From: Octopus vulgaris
Taxonomy: Eukaryota
NCBI GenBank assembly: GCA_951406725.2
Contig: OX597822.1
Span: 116,622,001-116,686,000 of the forward strand
Reading direction: 5' to 3'
Length of the DNA stretch: 64,000 bases
Within the stretch, counting starts at the first letter, position 1, and each line of letters starts with the position of its first letter. The notes beneath the pieces were generated by a model. It was not told the DNA's origin and did not search any database. It saw nothing but the letters and a program-made list of their open reading frames with translations. This document shows positions 54,461 to 64,000 of this stretch, piece after piece. The translations under genes and the position numbers were made by a program.

Positions 54461-54872
54461 TCAAAATAAGCAACAAGGATATCCAAGGTAGTGTAGTACA
54501 ATTGTTTCATGCTACTATATATATATATATATATATAAGTGAAGGCATATGTCTCAGTAGTTAGCACTTTGGGCTTACCATCATGAGGTTGTGAGTTTGA
54601 TTCCAGGATTGGGCTGTGTGTTGTGTTCTTGAGCAAGATATTTCCTTTCACGTTGCTGCAGTTCACTCAGCCGTAGAAATGAGTTGCGATGTTACTGGTG
54701 CCAAGCTGTATCAGCCTTTGCCTTTCCTTTGGACAACATTGGTGGCGTGGAGAGAGAGGAGGGTGGTATGCATGGCAACTGCTGGTCTTCGATAAACATT
54801 GTGTCTTGAAGGAGAACTTTCTAGGTGCAATCCTATGCTCCGTTCATGACTAATGTGGGTCTTAAAAATCTA

Positions 54873-56221
54873 TATGGGTGATATCAAAAGTTCCCGGGCT
54901 AGCTCTGTAGCATGCCAACAAATGGCAGCACATATCGTAAATCCTCGAGTATATTCCACATTTTTTCCCCAAAATTTAAAGGTCAAAATCCTTAGTGCGT
55001 TCTATATACGAGGTTAAAAATGGAAATTATTTTCTAAGCAATGTCCGAGTCTCTATTTGCTGTCTGGCAATGTTTATTCAGATGCATTTTGTGATGTTGA
55101 GCATGAAAATACCTTAAGCTAAACCTGGAAGCAATGAAGTCATAAAAGAATCATCCATAACTTGCAATAAGCAACATTTATTAAAAGTTATTACCGTTAT
55201 TTCTTTATTTTCTGCAAACAAAATGCACAAAAAAGCTACACGTTTGCATTATGTTATATATACAATAACAATAAAGGACATTACCATATACATTTTTACA
55301 AACTAAGGATGTTATATAGACCGCCGTGACTCAAGTTAGAGAAGGAGTGCATATTATACACCAGATTTAGGTTTTTCAGAGGTACAGCCCCCTAAAAATT
55401 CCCTGCATATTATACTTAAGGGCAGGCTATACTTGAGGATTTACAGTAGTTGCAAGCTGTGAAATTTGGTTTTCTGATCGTGTGTATGCTGTGGTCTGCA
55501 ATTTTGTCCTGGATAGGAAGTTGGAACAAAGAGCCAACGTGAAATTTTGCATTAAATTTGGGGGAGTCTGCTATAGAAGCATTGAACATGCTTCAGCAAT
55601 TGTTCAGCGACAAGGCAATGGGTCATAAACAATGTTTCAAGTAGTATGGGTGCTCCAGAAGTGGAAGAGCATCCTTGGAAGATGAGGAGTGATCTGGAAG
55701 ACCCACCACAAGCATCACCCCTGGAAATGTGGTATTGTGCATCAAGAATTCATCTCCCCCGGGGCCAGACCGGGAATCGAAAGGTTTCCTGCAATGTTTT
55801 GAAGCATTTGAAGGGGGACATTCAGCAAAAGCAACTGGGTCTCTGAAGCACAAAGAATTGGATTCTTCATGACAACAATGCACCCTATCACAGAGCTCTC
55901 CTCACCAAAAACAGCATGGCATCACTTGCACACTCACTCCATTTGCCAGATTTAATACCTGCAGACTTCCACCTCTTCCTCAAGATGAAATACAGCTCAA
56001 AGGTTGCCGTTTTAACACATTGACATCAAGATCCAAAGTGATCCTCAACTCACTTACAGAAAACAACTACCAGGCTTGATTCCAAAAGTGACAGGAATGC
56101 TGGGACCAGTGTATTGCTGTGCAAGGTGTCTATTTTGAAGGAAATGATATTAAAACTTAGGTTAATAAGTTATTTTTTATTGAATATAACTAGTTTGGGA
56201 ACTTTTTGATGCCACCCTGTA
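54873..56221 (+). mobile_element. Decayed mariner (DD34D-type) transposon with nested MITE
   Basis: TIR gggtgatatcaaaagttccc/gggaactttttgatgccaccc; peptides LEQRANVKFCIK, WILHDNNAPYH, PDLIPADFHLFLKMK. Confidence 0.85.
54935..55446. mobile_element. Tc1/mariner-superfamily MITE with TA TSD
   Basis: TIR cgtaaatcctcgagtata/tatacttgaggatttaca, TA on both sides. Confidence 0.75.
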
Positions 56222-56542
56222 TGCATGTGTGTGTGTGTGCATGTACGTGTGTCTCTGTTTGTGCATTTGTGTCTCCTTGTTTTGACATCATGTGATAGTT
56301 ATGAAACAGATGTTAATGTCAGTAGTGTCCTTTGTTTCCATTCTTGCAAGAAAACATGTCTGATCATGAGGAAAAATTACATCATTTGGAAACAGACAAG
56401 GGTTAGGAACAGGAAAGGTATCCAGCCATAGAAAATTTGTCTCAATAAGATAAGTACCAGTTGAACGCTGGGGTGGGTGTAATCAATCTGCCCTCTCCCC
56501 CAAAACTTCAGGCCTTGAGCCAAAATTTGAGACTAGTATATA

Positions 56543-58072
56543 CATCGAACCGCAAAAGAAACGCGAGACGTGTGTGACTGTGAAATATGTTTTAATTTCA
56601 TTATGTCAGAAATGGATTTTGATAAATCTGATAAAGTCAATTTCTTGGATCCACTTTGACCACAGTCTATGGGTCATTGTCATGTGTTCTGGTTGTGGGC
56701 GGATCCAGCACATCGAGATTGTAGGGCGTGACGTGTTCGATACTGTGTATTCCCTCCCTGGGTGTTCAAAACAACCATGCACTGTTGGCACATGGAGTGC
56801 TTGAGGCGATTCACAAAAGCCATTGCCACCTGTGCCCACACCCTGAGGAAAGCTGCTTCCAGTTCCACGTGAGTTGCCAGCTTTTGGGACCACCTGGTTC
56901 AGCCGTTTCTGGATTTCATCCCACAGGTGTTCAATTAGGTTCAAATCCGGGCTGAGAACTGGCAACAGCATGGATCTGGTGTTGAGCTGATACAGGAAGT
57001 CCATGGTGACCCATCTGGGAGGGAGCATTGTCCTGCTGGAACACGTGGCTATGGTGACACGTGAAGAAGTGCACGATGTGAGGTCTTAGGATTTGGTCAA
57101 AGGAAGCGCTGCACTGTGATGCCATTCCCTCTGCCTGCACCAACATTTTGGAACACAGTTCTCTAATTCAGGTCTATAGCACCCCAAACCATGATTCTTT
57201 GGCCACCCCACGTCTCTCTCTCTCTCTCTCCATGACACATGCATCTCTGTAGCGTTCACCCCCTCCTATGCCACATCCTCACTCTGCCATCCAAAGTGGA
57301 AACACAGTACTGGCTCTCGTCAGAGAAGACTATCAACCTCCATTGTTGGTGCCACCAATGTTGGTGCTGTGTAGTCCACTGTAGTCATGCCTGACGGTGG
57401 CAGGCAGTGAGGACAGGATGAAGGCAACACAGGTTGTTGGCGGCCAGTCGATGATGTATCATGTCGTCACTGATGAGCCACTGTCCAGTGCCAATTGTCT
57501 CGTGAGCTGTCATGCTGGCCAGTCTGAAGCAATCACGGAGGTGTTGAAGGTGGATGAAGTGGTCCTGCATGGGTGTAGTCACCTGAGGCAGCGCCCTCTG
57601 TGGGTATGGTCAGCAGTGCTGTTGGGGTTGTTATATTGCTGTTGCAGGTGATAGGTGGTGCTGACATGGACATTTGTAACCTTTCGCAACAACCAGGGCA
57701 CACGACCTTGCATGCAACCAGCCAGCAGCTTCGTCTTTCTGCGCTGCTAACAACGGGGTCATACATGATGCGTCCAAATTACGAATGCCAGGAACATGGT
57801 TCAAGTTGATTTTTATACCCAAAACCTCCTCAAAATGCACTTGCATTTCAGTTTCCATGACAATTGTTTACGACTGCTACCCGTGGCATTCAACTTGGCT
57901 GCGTTTTGGCGTCTTGTTTCAGGGAAAGTTGAAAGGTTACCTGCAATTTGGGTCTCAATCATAAACCAGCTTGTCTTGGAATATTTACACTTACCTCCTC
58001 GAAATAAATTTTCAGAATTTACCAAATAAAAATTGACATTTGAAAAAATCGTGTTTCTTTTGCAGTTCAGTG
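56543..58072 (-). mobile_element. Decayed Tc1-like (DD34E) transposon
   Basis: TIR catcgaaccgcaaaagaaacgcga/tcgtgtttcttttgcagttcagtg; frameshifted VFSDES, FQQDNAP and SPDLNLIEHLWDEI motifs. Confidence 0.9.
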
Positions 58073-59728
58073 TTTGCCTTTCTCAATATCAACCACTTTA
58101 CTGGGAGAACTGTTGTTCAAAACACAATGTAACACATAATGCAACAGAAGTTTTTTTATAAAATTATGACAGGAAATTTTAATTTATTATTATATTCAAT
58201 TGGAGTTGAGAATACGGCACATTTCAATCAGTATAAGTCAATGTTTGGGATTCTCTCATCATCATTGTTTCAACATCACCTTGTTAAACATTACCATAAA
58301 ATAGTCAAGCTGGTCTGCAGTACCAGGTATTATCAAACACCACTGTCTTTCGTCATGGTGTCTGTCATCATCATCATCGTCGTTGTCGTTGTCGTCGTCA
58401 TCATCATCATCATCATGACTAAGAGGGTTCAGTAAAATAAAGCATTAATCATGTTCTATGGACATGTATTTTCCTCTTGAGGCCTGCTGGTGCCTTGCAA
58501 CCATTTGGCTAATGGAACAAGTTGAGGACTCAGTTTGCTTGAGTGTTTATGGATCATTTACTACATGTTTTCTTGAGTGCAAGGCCTGCATTACTCCACG
58601 GCACAAAACCACAATGACAGGAATGGTTTCCATTTAGAGGAGTGACATCTTACCAGAAGGCCTTCATGCCTGAATGAAATTGGTCCCAGTGTTGGAATCA
58701 ACTTTGCTCAAATCTTTGAACTGAGGAGAAGCAGGACTGGCCACCAGGTCCTGCATTCTAATTTTTTGTTTTCTCAGAAAGAAAACAAAAAATCGTTTCC
58801 GTTTGTCTTTTAGTTTTGTCTTTGAAGCATGAGAGTGGCCTTCCAACTGACTCACCTGTTGGAAGTTGGCCAAAGAGAAGTTGCTTGTGTCAGGTCACTC
58901 TCAAGTGCTACTGGCAACATGTAACCCAGTACAACCTGTTACAAGGTCAACAACTAAACTGGTAATCCCACCGAGCTGGTTTGGTGAAGAGGATTACTCT
59001 TGGACACTTTGCAGGATGTGTGTATGTGTGTGTGTGTGTGTATATAGATACATATCTATCTACCTACCTACCTACATAGAGTACAGTCAAATTTACTGTA
59101 AAATTCATGTTGATTGGGACTTCAAATTTTCTTTACATTTTGTTTGCTAAAGCATAACTTGAAGTCCCAGTCAACACAAACTATGTATAGATGTGTGTGT
59201 GGGTGCTTGTGTGTATGTATGTGTTTGTGTGTGTGTGTGTGTATGTGTGGATGAGGATGATGATGATGAGGAGGAGGGGGAGGAGGAGGGGGAGGAGGAG
59301 GAGGAGAACATTCTGCTATTTTACTATTTTTTTTAAAATATTAAATATAAGAACACTTTCCTATATTCCCTTATAAGTTCGTGTATTTTGCTCGGAAAAA
59401 TAAATTCCTCAGATCCATCAACATTTCCAGACACTTTTTCCTTCCCAGTCTTATCTTTTGGATGAAGTGAATTTAGCAGAATTTCCTTATAAACGTCTGA
59501 TTAAGAGCAACAATCACGGTAAGATTGTTGTTGTGTCTGACTTTGACTTCTTATCACCAAACTCAAAATATTTTTAAAACCATTGACGTCAGATTTCTTC
59601 TTTTAGCTTTCAAGAAATAGTTTGACCATGATGTCTGGTGTTACGTTATTTTGTTGCTACGGTGCTCTGTTTGTTAAATATTCCATTGTATTTTTCTATA
59701 AATACATCAGCTATGACCAATATGTACC

Positions 59729-59765
<37 letters not shown>

Positions 59766-60289
59766 TTGTGTCAGGTGAGAAGAGTTTAGATATTTGACGA
59801 GTGTATTGAATCAAATGGAGACTAGTGAAGCCTCATTAAAGAAAATTTTATAGAATCAATGAAAAAAACATCACAATCCTATTTGTGAAAATGTAGAAAT
59901 ATTAAGGAGAAAAATTGACCTTTTAATCACACACACGCAAACATATATGTATATTATATATATTTTATGTGTGGGGGGATGCGTGTGTGTGAGTGTGTGT
60001 GTGTGTGTGAGTGTGCATGTGTGTGTGTGTGTCTGTATCTGTGTCTGTGTAAAATATATATAAGTTAAATTTAAAATTAAGGTTTAGATAGGAGACATTA
60101 AAATGCAGCATCCAAACCTTGTTTCAGGTAAGTCACAGGTAGTGTGCCTACAGAGCATGTTCATCAATTATGGCGACCAGGTGTCATCCATGGTACTGCA
60201 CTTTCATCGCTGGATCTACGTACGAAATTCTTAGGTGCACATTGGGTATATTTTAAATGATTGATATGGGAGATGAAGTGTAACTAGAT

Positions 60290-60633
60290 CAGGGCTGGCC
60301 AACCTGAGGCCCGTGGGCCACATGTGGGCCACATGTGGGCTGTAGACTTTTGTCTTGTGGCCCCCGCCTGATACTTTCTTGGAATGGGTTTATTTAAACA
60401 AACATTTAAAAAGTTTTATCAAAAATTAAAGATTGTAATGAAAAGTGAAAACGAAAGATACCACTGTTTTTGCAACGATAATGTCTCATGTTGAATCAAT
60501 GATCAATCCTTCATTGTTGTAATAATAGCAGGAGAAAGCAAAATGCTTTCAATTCTGTCAGTATACAAGTGGCCCTCAGAAAACTTTCTGCGATTAAAGT
60601 GGCCTGCAATATAATTCAAGTTGGCCAGGCCTG
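60290..60633. mobile_element. hAT (Charlie-like) MITE
   Basis: TIR cagggctggccaac/gttggccaggcctg; perfect 8-bp TSD aactagat. Confidence 0.9.
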
Positions 60634-60969
60634 AACTAGATGCTTTGATTAGTACAACAATCGTTTCAGCTGCCTTCTGCACTGCTCCCTAGTGGGTGGG
60701 GAATGATGTAATGACATCACATGCATCGTGCAGTGCAGGGAGCTTCATCAGGTGACATAATATGCTTCAAAAGTTATAAGATCTACACTTTGCTCCAAGT
60801 TAAATCTCGGTAGTATTGTGTTGTGTTGCTAGTAGTTCACACACACATTGGGGAAGTAAGGATACTTGTGGTCAGGATGTGGTTGATAAGTAAATAATAC
60901 AAAGAATCTAGGGTAAATGGAGTGGGGTGTTTATGGCATTGGATCGAAAGGCCCTAAAGCATGTAGAGA

Positions 60970-61285
60970 CCTTTGATGGCTGGCTACAGGATGCCTTTTA
61001 CGTGCCACTAGCTCGAGTGCATTTACACAGCACCACTACAGGTGCTTTTTATGTGGCACTGGCACCTAAAAGACCAAGTCTGTATGTGATGAAGACAGCC
61101 ACATCTCCTGGTCCCTTGTCATTTCCTCAGTGAGACCCAGCATCTGAAGATGTCTTCCTGGGTTTACTCCTTCTACAGGTACCCTCTACAATTAGTTCTC
61201 ATCCATACACATCACATGATCAAACCAGCACAGTCTTCTCTCTGGCACACAACATCTGATGCCTTTTATACCTGCTTTTCCTCTT
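60970..61285 (-). mobile_element. Decayed RTE 3' fragment
   Basis: GIRCCVPERRLCWFDHVMCMDE plus the ggtgcttttt/gtgccac UTR motif. Confidence 0.6.
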
Positions 61286-61286
61286 A

Positions 61287-61325
<39 letters not shown>

Positions 61326-61349
61326 ATGAGCATTGGTTCGACTAACTAA

Positions 61350-61815
61350 TGAGAACACTTTGATAAATGGAAGTTTGTATTATTTACTTTGGAGTTCATC
61401 TACTTTTGACATCAATACCAACTTTAATATGTTGAGGAATTCTTTAATAAGTTGAGGAATTGAATAGTACTGGTTCTGAACGGTTGCCAGGGAAATAAAT
61501 TTGAGCACTTCTTCGGGTAAAACCTGCTTTGGCTCTGTCAGCAGCAATGGGGGAGGCAATTGGCTCCTCATTTGCAACTTCAAAATGCTCCATAAATGTT
61601 TGATTATATTCAGATCTGGTGACTGTGGGAGCCAGTCCAAGTGGTCTTCTCCACTTTTGTGTTCTTCATACCAATTTTGAATAGCATTAACCATGTGAAT
61701 TGGCACATTCCTGGAAGATCGTGCTATAATCAAGGAATGATATTTGTACCATAGAAGGGATATGGTCAGCCAAAATATTCAGGTAATTCTCGAAGATAAG
61801 TCTGCTCTGTAGAAC
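61350..61815 (-). mobile_element. Tc1-like transposase fragment
   Basis: HLDWLPQSPDLNIIKHLWSILK in ORF 61380-61733. Confidence 0.75.
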
Positions 61816-62249
61816 AACTAAAGGCATCTATCGTCTTCATACCACCATTGCCCTCATACCACCACCATCCTCATACCACTACCATCTTTATACTATACGA
61901 TCATCATACCACTACCACCAGTACTACAGCCACAACTACCATTGTCACTCCCACTACCATTATTAACACTACTATGGTCCAACCCATGCTAGCATGGAAA
62001 ACGGACGCTAAATGATGATGATGATGATGATGACTAGTACCAGCACTACCACTGCAGCCACGATACCATACTGTTGTACCAACACTATCACCACTACAAC
62101 TACTACTACTACTACTGTCACCACCTACGATTATACTGCACCACTGTCTCCATACCGCCACCACCACTACCACCAAAGCCACTACTAACCCCACCACTAC
62201 TATATAAGATGCACAACTAGAAAAAAGTTCCTGTGTGTGGTTGTGTGAT

Positions 62250-62510
62250 GGGAGAGTGGGAGAGAGGGAAGGAGGGAGAGAAAGAGGGAAAGAGAGGAAA
62301 GGAAGGAGAGAAAGAAGAGAGAGAGAGTGCAGAGAGAGAGAGAAGAGAAAGAGGGAAAGAGAGGGAAGGAAGGAGAGAGAGGGAAGGAAGGAGAGAGAGA
62401 GAAAGAGAGAAAGAGGAAAGGAAGGAGAGAAAGAAGAGAGAGAGAAGAGAAAGAGAGGAAAGGAAGGAGAGAAAGAAGAGAGAGAGAAGAGAAAGAGAGA
62501 GGAAGGGAGA
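62250..62510. repeat. Polypurine (GA-rich) tract with ~42-bp internal duplications
   Basis: gaggaaaggaaggagagaaagaagagagagag occurs three times. Confidence 0.9.
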
Positions 62511-63109
62511 TGTGTCCCAGTCAAATAGTAGAATGTTAGTCAGAACAATCAAGAGAATTCTAATTATTTTAATGAGTTTTAATTACCCACAACCTCAATT
62601 AAAACTGACACATGACTACTGGTTGCTATTGTTTAACCTTATGTGGGCATTTCTACCATGACTATCCCTCCTGACAAAATACCACAGACATCATAAGTTA
62701 AAGTGTCCTTTTGGGGAGGCGGGTGAATGTAATTTGAGGTAGATTTGATTGCAATTTCTAACAGATCCAATTGACCATGTAAAGGGTCTCTCACTAGTTG
62801 ATGGTAGTGGTGGTAGTGCAGAATTATTGTAGTGATGGTCATGGTCAGAAAGGGTTAAAATAGCAATGCTTCTACTATGGCCTTGGACCAACCAAAGACT
62901 TGCGGTTGGATTTGGTAGACAGAAACTGAAAGAAGCCTGTCATAGCTGCAGGCATGGCTGGGTGGTAAGAAGTTTACTTCCCAATCACATGGTTCCGTGT
63001 TCAGTCCCACTCTGTGGCACCTTTGGGCAAGCGTCTTCTTACTATAGCCTCAGGCCAATCAAAGCCTTGTGAGTGGATTTGGTAGGCAGAAACTGAAAGA
63101 AGCCCACTC

Positions 63110-63430
63110 ATAAGCGGAAAGTGTAACCTCTCGAAAGAGCTGTTCTTCACTCCTGCTCCAGAGCGTCGGCTGCGGTGTCACTCCGAAAAGCTCTATCTGC
63201 GACGATTTCATCTCAATCGAAGGAGAGGGGCTTTCTCCATCCGGGTTGCGGCTCCGTGGAATAAGCTGCCAGATGAGATGGTGAAGATGCCGACAACCGC
63301 TCGGTTCAAAGTCTCCCTTGACCACAAGTGGCCTGAACTCTTTACATGAGCACCACCCTGTACATAACTCCATGTCCCCCTACATGGCCTTGCTTTTTGC
63401 TTTTTGAGCCAAAAATTAACTAACTAACAT
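63110..63430 (+). mobile_element. CR1-like LINE 3' end
   Basis: RLRCHSEKLYLRRFHLNRRRGAFSIRVAAPWNKLPDEMVKMPTTARFKVSLD; (TAAC)n tail. Confidence 0.8.
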
Positions 63431-64000
63431 AAATATATATATATCATCATCATCATCATAGTTTAACGTCCGCTTTCCATGCTAGCATGGGTTGGACGAT
63501 TTTGACTGAGGTCTGGCAAACCAGACAGCCGCACCAGGCTCCAATCTTGATCTGGCAGAGTTTCTACAGCTGGATGCTCTTCCTAATGCCAACCACTCCA
63601 AGAGTGTAGTGGGTGCTTTTTATGTGCCACTGGCACAGGGGCCAGTCAGGTGATACTGGCAATAACCTCACTCGAATCTTTTTACACATGCCACTGGCAC
63701 AGGTGTCAGTAGAGCGACGCTGGTAACGATATATATATATATATATATATACACACACCACTATCTCCATACCATCATATATATATATATGTCTGTATGT
63801 ATGCATGTATATATATCTGGGTGTATATATACATGACAGGCTTTTTTTGCAGCTTCTGTGTACAAAATCCTTTCATGAAGCTTTGCTTAGCCTCAGGCTA
63901 GAGTAGGAGACACTTGTTCAAGATGTCACACAATGGGATTGAACCAACAACCACACGGTTGGAAAGTGAATTTGTTAACCACACATCCATGCCTAGCACC

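Overview
AT-rich, non-genic-looking animal genomic DNA. The repeat complement points to a coleoid cephalopod, probably Octopus (inference): very dense (TA)n/(CATA)n/(GAT)n microsatellites, CORE-type tRNA SINEs and RTE tails ending in (GAT)n. I can support no intact host gene; almost all listed ORFs are translated microsatellites. Real coding similarity is confined to truncated or decayed transposons: R4/Dong, CR1 and RTE LINE fragments, a Penelope GIY-YIG endonuclease, Tc1 and mariner transposases, plus non-coding hAT-, piggyBac- and Helitron-type elements. The most interesting signal is a set of Penelope-like modules docked in (TA)n tracts that carry type I hammerhead-ribozyme (HHR) motifs. 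One motif has a fully canonical core (12622-12672) and several are variants. There are also two near-perfect palindromic insertions and a 644-bp local duplication that ends exactly at an HHR-bearing module, suggesting retro-transduction of flanking host DNA. Other items: a tail-to-tail RTE hairpin next to a ~61-bp pseudoknot-like array, a 3-kb (GGT)n-spaced minisatellite, a pre-miRNA-like hairpin and a few weak exon candidates. All calls are from manual reading; no database search was run.
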